From NCBI GenBank assembly GCA_001774685.1, contig MFAS01000001.1, positions 91,489-155,488 on the forward strand: a stretch of DNA of 64,000 nucleotides, in the 5' to 3' direction. Numbering within the stretch: the first letter of the stretch is position 1; each line of letters opens with the position of its first letter. The notes below the pieces were generated by a model, which saw only the letters and a program-made list of their open reading frames with translations, was not told the DNA's origin and did not search any database. The translations under genes were made by a program, and so were the position numbers. Below, in pieces: positions 1 through 10,335 of this stretch. The stretch comes from Candidatus Collierbacteria bacterium RIFOXYD2_FULL_45_13 (lineage in GTDB: Bacteria > Patescibacteriota > Microgenomatia > UBA1400 > MFAQ01).

Positions 1-2124
1 CTCTTGATAAGGCATCTGCGAATAAGCCGCATCGAAAGCCGGCAAGAAAGACATTCCCCCAATCAAGTTTCTGTGTTCCCAGACCCATTTGATTAGGTCA
101 ATTACCTCATCCGGGTGATAGGTTATGGTTACACTCGGGTTGTGTTCGGTCCAATTTATTTTATTTTTCAACCAATACTCACACTGCGCCGTTGCGGAAA
201 AGCTTTTTCTGGTTACCGCCCCGTCTGGAGACTTAACCGGAAAATGGATTACCCATGTATTTGCTGACTCCAAAGTTTGTCCGTTTTCCGGATCCATCGG
301 CACTCCTCCAGACTTTAGTACTTTAAATATCGAAGAATGAGTACTCACTCTTATGTTCCTCACGTAATACGGAGACCACCTTGCATGGATTCCTGATGAA
401 CAATTAAAGAGTTGCGAGGAGTTTCCTGATGGTTTGACACAAGTCACGGCTGCAGCTTGGTTGATCCCCAGTTTTTCTGCAACCTCCCTGTTAGTTTCTA
501 TGGCCACCTGTCGCAATCTATTTTGAACCGCGGAGTCTTGAGCTACCGGGCTGTCCATCTGACCGTTAATATCCACTCCCAAGAGCCTTTCCTCCTCACA
601 ATTATTCTTCCAAGCAGGTCTGAGCCCTGAAAAATTGGTCGCCATTGCCTGTATCGTCCCAATTATCGAGGCCACTTCAACTTTGTCTTTCAATGTCTCA
701 TAGGTGTCTTCTCTTCTGGCAATGGCAATCGAAAGATTACAAAACTCATAAGGCCTAAGGATTATTTCTCCACAAGGATTTGTACCAAATTCCGCCGGCG
801 CCCTCCTGGCAGGCCTCATATCAAGAGCTGATTGACGGTTAAAAATACCGGGTTCCCCTCGGCCGGATTTAACTATCTCCAACATTTGTTTGGTTACCTC
901 CAGCTGGGTCAAGCCGGACAACGGCCAAACGGCACTGTTGTTGGCGTTCCATCGCTGACTATTATCTCGTTCAAAGTCCCCGGATTTTGAGTCCCACATT
1001 TCCTTGTCATCAAAGTCAAAGAGAGATATCATCGCAGTTCGCCTCATTCCTCCGGAAACAGCCGCATTCCCCACCTCACACATAATATCGTGCGCATCAA
1101 TGGCTCTAAGGAAACTCCCCTGTCTTGTAAAAATCCTCTCTCTTACAAACTCCATCATTTTCCGCAAAGGTTCTGGGCCTGAAGACCTCCCTCCCTTGGT
1201 TCGCAGTATTGCGCCTGCTGGACGAAGTGCCGAATAATCAAACTTTATGTCCCCTCCATCAAACCAAGTATGCAGACCGGTTCTCAAGGCGTCTGCCCAC
1301 CCCTCGGTCGAATCTTCAATCAACATCTGTTTTGTTTCCAACCCATCCTGTCGCTTAACCCGGGGCAGGTTTTCTACGTATCGATTCTCTACCGAAAATC
1401 CAACCCCACAACCATTCATTGAAATTATTAGCGCCTCGACGAAAGAATCTATGCTATCCACCGGTTGGTAAGAACAATTGTAGATACTGATATTGTTTCT
1501 TCTCGCCGCCGGTCCGGCCATAGCCAGGAGCCTCATTGATGGAGTGGCTTTCATTTCCAGTATTGAATTCCTGATTCTCTTGTAAACTCCAGACTCCAGT
1601 TTTCCCCCGGATAACTCACGTAAGAAATCCACCGACCGATCAACTGTTTCCTTCCACGTCTCCCTCCTACCTAAATCGTAATTAAATCTTGAATATTTAT
1701 CAAAAAACTGGAACTTCTGAATCTGATTTTCAAAATAAACATCGCTTTCGGAAAACGCCTTGGCCACTTCTTTCGGAATCGGCCGCGAATCCCTCAACTT
1801 GGCATGTTCAACTCTATAAATAATATAGTTCTTGGCGGCCTCAAACTCGCCTGCCGCTTGCAACACCAGTTCGACTGTATCCTGAACCTGCTCCACTGTT
1901 GGTTTTGTGTATTTTGCTCCGATAATATTCACTACCCGCTGTGCTAGTTCACCCACTGGAGTCAATGGGTTCTTACCAAGATCCTCAAAGCATGAAGAAA
2001 TCGCCTTCTCAATTTTCTGTATTTCAAAAGGGACCACCCGTCCATCTCTCTTCACAATAGTCTTGGGAAACTCTATCTTGATCCTGTCGATCTTCTTTGT
2101 GGTATTTATTTTGCTTTTTCTCAT
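1..2124 (-). CDS. nrdJ: Ribonucleotide reductase, class II (adenosylcobalamin-dependent), N-terminal ATP-cone. Partial: the C-terminus runs off the window start
   Basis: My own minus-strand translation from ATG 2124: MRKSKINTTKKIDRIKIEFPKTIVKRDGRVVPFEIQKIEKAI (ATP-cone), then the RNR active-site motif TNPCGEI around 765-790. Only short plus-strand ORFs lie in 1..2130. It is absent from the ORF track because no stop codon falls inside the window. Sits directly downstream of nrdR. Confidence 0.72.
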   Translation of the reverse strand, partial: MRKSKINTTKKIDRIKIEFPKTIVKRDGRVVPFEIQKIEKAISSCFEDLGKNPLTPVGELAQRVVNIIGAKYTKPTVEQVQDTVELVLQAAGEFEAAKNYIIYRVEHAKLRDSRPIPKEVAKAFSESDVYFENQIQKFQFFDKYSRFNYDLGRRETWKETVDRSVDFLRELSGGKLESGVYKRIRNSILEMKATPSMRLLAMAGPAARRNNISIYNCSYQPVDSIDSFVEALIISMNGCGVGFSVENRYVENLPRVKRQDGLETKQMLIEDSTEGWADALRTGLHTWFDGGDIKFDYSALRPAGAILRTKGGRSSGPEPLRKMMEFVRERIFTRQGSFLRAIDAHDIMCEVGNAAVSGGMRRTAMISLFDFDDKEMWDSKSGDFERDNSQRWNANNSAVWPLSGLTQLEVTKQMLEIVKSGRGEPGIFNRQSALDMRPARRAPAEFGTNPCGEIILRPYEFCNLSIAIARREDTYETLKDKVEVASIIGTIQAMATNFSGLRPAWKNNCEEERLLGVDINGQMDSPVAQDSAVQNRLRQVAIETNREVAEKLGINQAAAVTCVKPSGNSSQLFNCSSGIHARWSPYYVRNIRVSTHSSIFKVLKSGGVPMDPENGQTLESANTWVIHFPVKSPDGAVTRKSFSATAQCEYWLKNKINWTEHNPSVTITYHPDEVIDLIKWVWEHRNLIGGMSFLPAFDAAYSQMPYQE

Positions 2125-2130
2125 TGGTTT

Positions 2131-2595
2131 TTAAACATGATTGGTAATTTTCGATGGAGCCGAAATAAACTGTTTGTATTCCTCAGCATTATTGAAATCC
2201 ATATACACACTGGCAAACCTCAAGTAAGCCAGTTCATCCAGCCGTTTTAGCCTATTCAAAACCATTTTTCCGATATCGCTGGACTTTATCTCCACCGCTT
2301 TTCTGTTCAACAGTCTGCACTCCACCTCATCAACCAAGTTTTCGATTTCTTCATCCGTAACCCTTCTTTTGTAACACGCCTTCCCTACACCCTTTAATAG
2401 TTTGTCGCGATCATACTGCTCAATCTTTCCACTTTTTTTAATCACCTTTAAGTCAATATTGACCACCTTCTCATGAGTCGTAAATCTCTTGTTGCATTTT
2501 TTACACTGCCTTCTCCTTCGCACCGCCTCTGATCCAGGGATTCCCCTGCTCTCCAGGACATTTGTATCATCGTTGTTGCAATATGGACATTTCAT
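2131..2595 (-). CDS. nrdR: Transcriptional repressor NrdR (zinc ribbon + ATP-cone)
   Basis: MKCPYCNNDDTNVLESR... zinc ribbon, then an ATP-cone. The track start at 2607 (MCVFMKCPYC) is probably 4 codons too long, because NrdR canonically starts MKCP-C. Four-nt gap to the nrdJ start. Confidence 0.85.
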   Translation of the reverse strand: MKCPYCNNDDTNVLESRGIPGSEAVRRRRQCKKCNKRFTTHEKVVNIDLKVIKKSGKIEQYDRDKLLKGVGKACYKRRVTDEEIENLVDEVECRLLNRKAVEIKSSDIGKMVLNRLKRLDELAYLRFASVYMDFNNAEEYKQFISAPSKITNHV

Positions 2596-2777
2596 AAATA
2601 CACACATTTAGTGTTGTCTTAAATCATCATCCACTACCCCTAGTATGTCAACTCGTTCGCAAGATATCAGACTATTACACCAAGGCCGATTTCCGCAAAA
2701 TCTACTTCAAATAGACTCTCTCGTGATACAATTCCTCTATATTCTAGGTTTCGCACTCTAAACCGAAGGAGGCTCCT

Positions 2778-3398
2778 ATGCCCACAGATCCCGACATCGA
2801 AGAATGGCGACGAAAATATGTCGCCGAGAGAGACATCCTTGACCGAGCCATCCGATCCAAACAAGCAGCTGCACTTGAAAGTGCTCAGGCCGCCCTCAGT
2901 CACTATCTCCAACATACGGATCTGGATATGATTATCAGGACGGTTATTTACGATCTGCATCAGAAGTTTTCGGCCACCAAATTTTCTAAGAAGCAAATCC
3001 CTCTTGATGGAGAAATCGTCGAAGGTTTCACCCCCGTTTTCATTCTTGATCATCAAGGATTACCCGGGAGTCGAAAGCGTTTTGAGATTCCAGGGATGAG
3101 ATATCGCTTTTATATGGAACACAGAGAGTTAGTTATCACCGTCACTTTCTGTAAGAATGAGGCAGGTGCCATCTTTCCATACGTCCACCTCACCCACCGG
3201 GACGATAGAACACACCTCATAAACTGGGAAGCCAACCAGAATAACCCCGACAATCAACAACTCAATTTCTGGCTGATTGACCAGATCACCGGACTGATTT
3301 CCGGACAATATCCCCTGAATACGGCCAAAAACTGTGGAGTACCATTAGGCCAACATGCCTCGGTAACCCGGAGTTTTTATCCGGACGAAGACAGTTAG
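2778..3398 (+). CDS. Hypothetical protein (206 aa)
   Basis: Strong SD GGAGG 6-12 nt upstream of the ATG and followed by a rho-independent terminator. Preferred over the overlapping minus-strand ORF 2667..3056. Confidence 0.6.
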   Translation: MPTDPDIEEWRRKYVAERDILDRAIRSKQAAALESAQAALSHYLQHTDLDMIIRTVIYDLHQKFSATKFSKKQIPLDGEIVEGFTPVFILDHQGLPGSRKRFEIPGMRYRFYMEHRELVITVTFCKNEAGAIFPYVHLTHRDDRTHLINWEANQNNPDNQQLNFWLIDQITGLISGQYPLNTAKNCGVPLGQHASVTRSFYPDEDS

Positions 3399-3412
3399 AC
3401 GCCCTGCAAACT

Positions 3413-3436
3413 CTCCCTCACGGGGGAGTTTTTTTG
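3413..3436 (+). terminator. Rho-independent terminator (CTCCC-tcac-GGGAG + T7)
   Basis: GC stem-loop followed by TTTTTTT immediately after the 2778..3398 stop. Confidence 0.6.
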
Positions 3437-3444
3437 GGAAATAT

Positions 3445-4050
3445 CTATCCCAGTACGGCCAAGTTCATACCTACCCTAGCCAAAATTGATCCCGTCACAT
3501 TTCCTGTCTCTACCCTTATCCATGCATTAATTACTCCACTGGCACCGGTAAATAATATCACTCCCAGCATCTCTTGCATCCCTAGTCGATATACAAATAA
3601 TAAGATAGGAACTTTAATTATCGCGACCATCAACCCGATTATCAGCAAATTGACGGCTTTACCTTCCTGAATTTTTTCTAAATATCCGGCTGCAAAACCA
3701 CTAAAAACCAATTCCTCGGTCACCGCCGTTGCCAACACCATGCCTATCAAATTAATATCAAACTTTATTCCAGACAAGTCCAACCGCCTGATCAAAACAA
3801 AGTAGACGATTCCCATCATAACTCCCAGCAAAGAGGAGAACCCTGGTCCGCTTCCAAACATTTTAATCTTATTTGTACCCATTGATAATTGCCACCAAAA
3901 AAGTGGAACTAACCAGATTACCGGTTTAAACCAAAGCTCCTCTATCACCTCAGGGAGCCGCACGAAATATCGGAAAACACCCCAACAGATTAATAAGTAA
4001 ATATAGTAATACCAAAGCCGCTTCACAACTAAATAGTACCACACGGGCAT
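3445..4050 (-). CDS. CPBP-family (CAAX protease-like) polytopic membrane protein, motifs partly degenerate
   Basis: Multi-TM protein with an EELVFSGF (EExxxR-like) motif. The His motifs are not clearly conserved. Confidence 0.4.
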   Translation of the reverse strand: MPVWYYLVVKRLWYYYIYLLICWGVFRYFVRLPEVIEELWFKPVIWLVPLFWWQLSMGTNKIKMFGSGPGFSSLLGVMMGIVYFVLIRRLDLSGIKFDINLIGMVLATAVTEELVFSGFAAGYLEKIQEGKAVNLLIIGLMVAIIKVPILLFVYRLGMQEMLGVILFTGASGVINAWIRVETGNVTGSILARVGMNLAVLG

Positions 4051-4082
4051 GCCTCGCTAAAGGCGGGTATAATGGAACCATC

Positions 4083-6461
4083 ATGCCTGTAAGTCGAAAA
4101 GAAATTCTACGATCGATAGAAAAAAGTTACCATAAGATTATTGGATATCGCCACTTATCCATTCTACAAATATTTTTAATTATTTCCGGTCTTTTTTTAA
4201 TCACTCTTTTTTTCCTTCTGAAAGATGTTCCCAGTCCGGCCAAGCTGGTCAAGACCCCAGCCCCAGCAAGTACCAAAATTTTAGACCGAAACGGAAAGCT
4301 GCTTTATGAGGTTTACTCCGAGTACCGTCGAACACCAATTGCCTCAAAAGATATTCCCGAGTCTGTCAAAAAGGCTACCATTGCTATCGAAGATAAAAAC
4401 TTTTATCATCACCACGGCATTGACGTTACCGGAATTGTTCGGGCAGCTTTTAACGCCGTTACAAAAGGAAAGCGGCTTGCGGGAGGTTCTACCATTACAC
4501 AGCAACTTGTCAAAAACTCCTTACTCTCCGATACCCAGCGCACTCTAACCAGAAAAATCAGAGAGGCCATCCTGTCCCTCGCCACCGAATTCTATTACAC
4601 CAAAGATCAAATCCTCGAACTATACCTGAACTATACTCCATATGGGGGAACCACTTACGGAATTGAATCAGCCGCCCAAACATACTTTGGAAAATCCGCG
4701 AAAGATCTCAATTTGGCCCAATCCGCCCTACTGGCGGGACTACCCCAATCTCCCACTCGTTATTCTCCATTTGGTGCCAACCCGGAGTTAGCTATCAACC
4801 GTCAAGCAGAGGTCCTTCGCCGCATGCAAGAAGATGGATATATCACCAAGGAGCAAGCAGCCGCCGCCAAAAACGAAAAACTGGTTTTTGCCAAAAAAAA
4901 TATTTCTATTAACGCGCCGCATTTCTCACTTATGGTCAGAGACAGCCTCGTCCAAAAATACGGCGAGGACAAAGTCAATCTCGGCGGATTGAGAGTGACC
5001 ACCACTCTTGATTTAGACTTGCAAAATTATGTTCAAGCTTCTTTATCCGCCGAAATGGGTAAAATCGCCAAGTTAAAGATTAGTAATGGAGCAGCTATAG
5101 TCACTCATCCAAACACCGGTGAGATATTGGCCTTAGTCGGATCAAAAGATTATTATGACGATTCTATCGACGGTCAAGTAAACGTTGTCACCTCCTTGCG
5201 CCAACCAGGATCGTCAATTAAACCACTTAACTATGCCACCGGGCTATTAAATGGTTGGCCCGCCAGCACAACCTACCTGGATATTCCCACCTGTTTTAAT
5301 GTCATCGGTCAAAAACAATATTGTCCCAAGAACTATGACAATACTTTTAGAGGACCTGTTTCCATGAGACAGTCCCTGGCTAACTCTCTAAACATTCCGG
5401 CTGTAAAAATGTTGGCCTTAAACGGCGTAGACTCTTTTATCGCCACCGCCTCCGCCATGGGCATCTCCTCTTGGACAGATCAAAGCCGTTTCGGACTCTC
5501 ACTCACCCTTGGGGGCGGGGAGGTGACCATGTTTGACATGGCCAAAGCCTTCAGCACCTTTGCCAATCAAGGCGTCACCGTTCCTTTAGTTTCGGTTCTC
5601 AAGGTGGAAACGTTTGACGGGCAAACTCTGGAGGAATTCCAACCAGAAAAAACAGCCAACCTGGTTTCCGTCATGCCTCTCAAATGGCCGGATTTCTGGC
5701 AATCCCAAAAACTCCCTTCTCAGAACACCACGTCATCGGATCCAAAAGTAACCTTGCCCATTGAGGTTACTTTCATTATTTCAGATATATTAGCTGACAA
5801 CGGAGCAAGATCGGCCGCTTTTGGGTCCAGCAGCAAACTAGTTATTCCGGGGCACACAGTCTCTGTTAAGACGGGCACCACCAACGACTTAAAGGACAAC
5901 TGGACAATTGGTTATACCCATGACTACTTAGCCGCCACATGGGTAGGTAACAATGACAATTCCTCCATGAGCTACGTGGCTTCTGGTGTTACAGGAGCTT
6001 CACCTATCTGGAACACCATCATGAAAAAGGTTTTACAGAACGTCAAAGACAAGCCACTCTCCAAACCAGAGGGGATTATAAACTACCAGGTGTGTAATCT
6101 CACCGGATTCCTAGCCCAACAAGAAAACCAGTGCGAATCCCATTCCGAATATTTTATCAACGGCGTCTTACCTCTCGGACAAAGTAATTACCCCACCAAA
6201 AAACAAGTCTGGGTCAGACGCTCTGATAAATACCCGATATTACCTGGTGATGAAACTATTGATCGAGACTTAGAAGAACACACCGTAGTTTCGGACCCAT
6301 TTACTCAGGATTTTTGTTTGGATTGTACCTACCCGGTAGACGATAAAGGACATATCCAGTGGCCACCAACTGTCATTGATTACTCAAAGTTCCAGTATCG
6401 AACCATTACTCCGTACAATTACATGCCGGCTCTATCACCAACAAATGCTCCGCAAAATTAG
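4083..6461 (+). CDS. Class A penicillin-binding protein (PBP1A family; glycosyltransferase GT51 + transpeptidase)
   Basis: N-terminal TM. GT51 motifs EDKNFYHHHGID, GGSTITQQLVKN, RKIREA. Transpeptidase motifs SSIKP (SxxK), SLN (SxN) and KTGTT. Confidence 0.9.
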   Translation: MPVSRKEILRSIEKSYHKIIGYRHLSILQIFLIISGLFLITLFFLLKDVPSPAKLVKTPAPASTKILDRNGKLLYEVYSEYRRTPIASKDIPESVKKATIAIEDKNFYHHHGIDVTGIVRAAFNAVTKGKRLAGGSTITQQLVKNSLLSDTQRTLTRKIREAILSLATEFYYTKDQILELYLNYTPYGGTTYGIESAAQTYFGKSAKDLNLAQSALLAGLPQSPTRYSPFGANPELAINRQAEVLRRMQEDGYITKEQAAAAKNEKLVFAKKNISINAPHFSLMVRDSLVQKYGEDKVNLGGLRVTTTLDLDLQNYVQASLSAEMGKIAKLKISNGAAIVTHPNTGEILALVGSKDYYDDSIDGQVNVVTSLRQPGSSIKPLNYATGLLNGWPASTTYLDIPTCFNVIGQKQYCPKNYDNTFRGPVSMRQSLANSLNIPAVKMLALNGVDSFIATASAMGISSWTDQSRFGLSLTLGGGEVTMFDMAKAFSTFANQGVTVPLVSVLKVETFDGQTLEEFQPEKTANLVSVMPLKWPDFWQSQKLPSQNTTSSDPKVTLPIEVTFIISDILADNGARSAAFGSSSKLVIPGHTVSVKTGTTNDLKDNWTIGYTHDYLAATWVGNNDNSSMSYVASGVTGASPIWNTIMKKVLQNVKDKPLSKPEGIINYQVCNLTGFLAQQENQCESHSEYFINGVLPLGQSNYPTKKQVWVRRSDKYPILPGDETIDRDLEEHTVVSDPFTQDFCLDCTYPVDDKGHIQWPPTVIDYSKFQYRTITPYNYMPALSPTNAPQN

Positions 6462-7662
6462 CTGGTTCTTTCTTATCCTTGGACTGCTTCTTGGTAGCGT
6501 CACCACTTATGCCGTGTGGCGAAACACCCTGCCCCTTGTTAGCCCGATTGCCCTAATCGAAGTTATTACCGGCAATGCTCCTTCATCAAAGTCCAAAAAG
6601 ATTGTTTATGGCTTTTTTCCATATTGGAACCTAAAATACGTGAACGAGCTCAATATTAGCCAGCTTACTCATTTTGCCTATTTTGCCGTCGACCTTAACC
6701 CAGATGGAACCATAAACAAAATAAACTCCAAAAAGGAACAAGAGCCTGGCTGGAACAAGCTAAACTCCAGCTCTTACAACAAACTTCATTATCAAACCAA
6801 ACTGCTGGGGCAAAAAAGTGCCCTCACGGTGACTGCCATGGATCAGGAACTAATCGACTCCCTCACAAACAACCAGCTTACATCCAAAACCGCAGTCAAG
6901 TCTATTATCGAGGTTTATCAGGAAAAAAAATTCGATGACATCAATGTCGATTTTGAATATATCGGAACACCTCTCCAGTCCACCAGAGACGGATTCTCTT
7001 TCTTTGTCCGGCACCTCAAGGAATCTTGTCTCACCGTCAATGCAAAATGTCAGGTCGATGTCGACATCTTTGCCGACTCGGCCGAAAAGTATCGTTTGTG
7101 GGATCTCGCGTCACTGAACCAAACTGTCGACCATTTCATTGTCATGGCCTATGACTACTATCGCAAGAATTCAACTCAGTCTGGCCCGGTAGCCCCGATA
7201 ACCGGGAAATGTAATTCAACCACCGCCCACGGCTATCCTTGTTTAGAGCAAGATATAGTTACCCATCTCTCCCAGATCACCAAGATATTACCTTCAGAGA
7301 AAATACTTCTCGGTATTCCTTTTTACGGCTATGAGTGGCAAACCGCAGGAACGGAATATCTCTCCAACACCTATGCAAAAACCGGATCAATGGCGAGTTA
7401 TCAAAGGATCCAGTCGCTATTTTCCGACCCCACAGTCTCCTCTTTGTCCGCGCAATGGTCAAGCGTTTCACTTAGTCCGTATATAACCTACACAAAAAAC
7501 GACAAAACTTTCCAGATTCAGTTTGAAAACGCTCAATCACTTGAACAGAAGATCAAATTGATAAAATCGGCCAATCTTGGAGGCATCGCTATTTGGGCAC
7601 TCGGTTATGAAACGCCTTTCAACGATCTGTGGCAGCCGATAAAAGATCTCTCCGCTCCCTAG
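6445..7662 (+). CDS. Glycoside hydrolase family 18 domain protein (chitinase/peptidoglycan hydrolase-like), N-terminal membrane anchor
   Basis: GH18 catalytic motif FDDINVDFEY (DxxDxDxE). Start moved to the internal ATG 6445 (MLRKISWFFLILGLLLG anchor) to avoid an 86-nt overlap with the PBP. Confidence 0.7.
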   Translation: MLRKISWFFLILGLLLGSVTTYAVWRNTLPLVSPIALIEVITGNAPSSKSKKIVYGFFPYWNLKYVNELNISQLTHFAYFAVDLNPDGTINKINSKKEQEPGWNKLNSSSYNKLHYQTKLLGQKSALTVTAMDQELIDSLTNNQLTSKTAVKSIIEVYQEKKFDDINVDFEYIGTPLQSTRDGFSFFVRHLKESCLTVNAKCQVDVDIFADSAEKYRLWDLASLNQTVDHFIVMAYDYYRKNSTQSGPVAPITGKCNSTTAHGYPCLEQDIVTHLSQITKILPSEKILLGIPFYGYEWQTAGTEYLSNTYAKTGSMASYQRIQSLFSDPTVSSLSAQWSSVSLSPYITYTKNDKTFQIQFENAQSLEQKIKLIKSANLGGIAIWALGYETPFNDLWQPIKDLSAP

Positions 7663-7734
7663 TCTTTTTGATTTCCCGGATCTATAATTAAAATAGTTCG
7701 CGTTGCACCCTTTCCCAAAAAAAACTGTTGATCC

Positions 7735-10020
7735 ATGGTCAAAAAGAAAGCAGCTCCAAAAAACAACTTTCTCACCTTCTTTGGTCGTCCTGTCTTCAAT
7801 TTTCTCCTTACTTCACTTTCTATCATTGGCCTTGCTCTCATTCTACTCGATCAACTAATCTCCAAAACGGTTATTGCTCTGAAATCTGTTTGGAAAGGCC
7901 TTTGTCTCAAGGACGCATTATTTTCCAAATTTCACCTTGATTTTTTGCACCGACCCAGAATCAACATTCGTAAAAGTCTGTTTCTTGTGTCATTACTTTG
8001 TCTATCTTTTCTCGTTTATTTCGACATATTCCGAACTCTTCCAAACCCCAAAACCCTCTCACAGTTCCCCTCAAAATTAACGACCCAGATACTCGATAGA
8101 AATGGTATCGTGCTGTATAAAATTTACAAAGATGAAAACAGAACCCTCATCAGTCTAAGTACTCTTCCCAAACATGTCACAGAGGCTTTTCTTTCAGCCG
8201 AAGATAAAGACTTTTACACCCACAAGGGGTTCTCCCTTCCGGGACTTCTTCGTGCCTTATATAGAAACACCTTCGATGATAGGCTGGAGGGTGGATCAAC
8301 TATTACTCAACAGTTAATAAAAAACACCATCCTTACTCCGGAAAAAACCCTTGTCCGGAAGATCAAAGAAATCATTTTGGCCGTCAAAGCCGAACGTCTT
8401 TTTTCAAAAGACAAAATCTTCGAAATGTACCTCAACCAAGTCGGCTTTGGGGGGCCGGCATATGGGATCCAAGAGGCAGCCCGCCAGTACTTCGATACTG
8501 ATGCTAAAGATCTCGATCTTGCTCAGGCAGCATATCTAGCCGGACTTACCAGAGCACCCAGCAAATACTCTCCCTATGGGGATCAACCAAGTTTGGCACT
8601 CTCCAGACAGCAATGGGTTCTCAGGCAAATGGCCAAAGACGGCTTTATATCCACCGCGGAACTCTCTGAAGCACTAAACAAAAAACTGGATTTTCAATCT
8701 GCCAAAATTGAAATCAAGGCACCCCATTTTGTCATGCTGGTGAAGAGTCTTCTTGTTGACCAGCTTGGCGAAAACGAGGTAACCCAAGGGGGTCTAAAGG
8801 TTTACACTACACTCGATTCAAAACTCCAAACTCAAGTACAAAACATCGTAACCTCAGAAATTGAAAAGCTAAAATCTCTAAATGTTGGGAACGGCTCGGC
8901 TTTGGTAACCAATCCCAAAACCGGTGAAGTACTGGCCATGGTCGGCTCTATTGATTACTTTAATCTTAAGCAGAATGGTCAGGTCAATCTCACTATGGCC
9001 TTAAGACAACCGGGAAGTTCCATTAAGCCACTAAATTATGCATTGTTTTTTGAGAATGGTAACGGACCAGGAACCATAGTAGATGATAAACCAATCACGG
9101 TCCACCTTTCCGGTCAGGATTCATGGACGCCCAAGAACTATGATGGAAAATTCCACGGCACGATTACCTTAAGACAAGCGCTAGCCAGTTCATACAATAT
9201 TCCCTCAGTCCTTCTCCTTGCACAAAATGGGCCTGCTAACTTTGCCCGTTTTGCCCAAAGTCTCGGAATTACCTCCTGGAACGACGCCTCACGTTATGGC
9301 CTGTCCATGGCTCTCGGAAGTTTGGAGGTACGAATGGTAGATATGGCCACCGCTTATTCTGCGTTTGCGAACCAAGGCATCAGAACTCCATTGAACACTA
9401 TCATAAAAGTCGAAAGGTCAAATGGAAAGATCCTTCGTCTTTCCGGCTGCCCATCATACAACAAAAGTGTGGCAGAAAGTCCGACGGCAAATGCTGAAGA
9501 TCATAGCTGTAACCCCAAAAAGTCCATCTCTTCCGTTACAGCCTATTTGATTTCTGATATATTAAGTGACGATATTGCCAGGAGCCCCGCGTTTGGTACG
9601 AATTCAGTTCTTAATATCAAATCAGCCAAAGTCGCCGTCAAAACTGGTACCAGTAATAATTTGAAGGATAATTGGGCCATTGGCTACTCTCAAAATTTTC
9701 TTGTCGCCACCTGGGTCGGCAACAACGATAGTACTCCCATGTCCCAAATTGCATCCGGTATCACCGGAGCCTCTCCTATCTGGGCCAAAATTTTTTATCA
9801 GATACTAGCCACCAACCAGGAACCCAGGAATCTTATCCAGCCGGAAGACCTCATCAAGGTTCCAATATGCCTTCTTACCGGCACTCTCACTTGTACTGGT
9901 TGCCCAACCAGAATCGATTACTTCATCAAGGGTACAGAGCCAAAGCTTGCCTGCGATCCGGCTGACATCGATCGTCGTCTTCACCCATCACCATCACTCA
10001 TCAATGCTCCCCGGATTTGA
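7735..10020 (+). CDS. Class A penicillin-binding protein (second PBP1A-family paralog)
   Basis: EDKDFYTHKGFS, GGSTITQQLIKN, SSIKP, KTGTSNN. N-terminal TM. Confidence 0.9.
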   Translation: MVKKKAAPKNNFLTFFGRPVFNFLLTSLSIIGLALILLDQLISKTVIALKSVWKGLCLKDALFSKFHLDFLHRPRINIRKSLFLVSLLCLSFLVYFDIFRTLPNPKTLSQFPSKLTTQILDRNGIVLYKIYKDENRTLISLSTLPKHVTEAFLSAEDKDFYTHKGFSLPGLLRALYRNTFDDRLEGGSTITQQLIKNTILTPEKTLVRKIKEIILAVKAERLFSKDKIFEMYLNQVGFGGPAYGIQEAARQYFDTDAKDLDLAQAAYLAGLTRAPSKYSPYGDQPSLALSRQQWVLRQMAKDGFISTAELSEALNKKLDFQSAKIEIKAPHFVMLVKSLLVDQLGENEVTQGGLKVYTTLDSKLQTQVQNIVTSEIEKLKSLNVGNGSALVTNPKTGEVLAMVGSIDYFNLKQNGQVNLTMALRQPGSSIKPLNYALFFENGNGPGTIVDDKPITVHLSGQDSWTPKNYDGKFHGTITLRQALASSYNIPSVLLLAQNGPANFARFAQSLGITSWNDASRYGLSMALGSLEVRMVDMATAYSAFANQGIRTPLNTIIKVERSNGKILRLSGCPSYNKSVAESPTANAEDHSCNPKKSISSVTAYLISDILSDDIARSPAFGTNSVLNIKSAKVAVKTGTSNNLKDNWAIGYSQNFLVATWVGNNDSTPMSQIASGITGASPIWAKIFYQILATNQEPRNLIQPEDLIKVPICLLTGTLTCTGCPTRIDYFIKGTEPKLACDPADIDRRLHPSPSLINAPRI

Positions 10021-10049
10021 CGACAAGTAGATACCTTATCTTGAGTTCT

Positions 10050-10334
10050 CTACAATTTATACTCTACGTAATTCTTCCATTCCGGTTTAGGCATTTCAAT
10101 TTTTGGAACTCCGGATTTGAACTCAGGCAGTCCAAATCTAAAATCTTTCATTCTTGGCCACATCCAAAAAAAGAACGTCATTCCCAAGACAAACAATAAC
10201 GTCCAAAACACTATCTTTCTATCCGCAGACCTCTCTTCCTTGGTTTTTTTTCGTTTTGCGCGTTTGCCAGGATGATCTCCCGTGTTGTCATCCTCATCAG
10301 AGGGAACCTCCAGTAGTCTTTCTTCGTCATTCAT
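10050..10334 (-). CDS. Small membrane protein with acidic/basic N-terminal tail, hypothetical
   Basis: Single TM. Colinear with and 1 nt downstream of the dehydrogenase gene. Confidence 0.45.
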   Translation of the reverse strand: MNDEERLLEVPSDEDDNTGDHPGKRAKRKKTKEERSADRKIVFWTLLFVLGMTFFFWMWPRMKDFRFGLPEFKSGVPKIEMPKPEWKNYVEYKL

Positions 10335-10335
10335 A

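Noticed and set aside
2667-3056. Minus-strand 129-aa ORF
   Set aside because: It overlaps the SD-led, terminator-capped plus-strand gene 2778..3398 and its protein-likeness is poor.
6376-6444. Upstream extension of the GH18 gene to the ATG at 6376
   Set aside because: It would overlap the PBP gene by 86 nt. The internal ATG at 6445 gives a clean membrane-anchor N-terminus.
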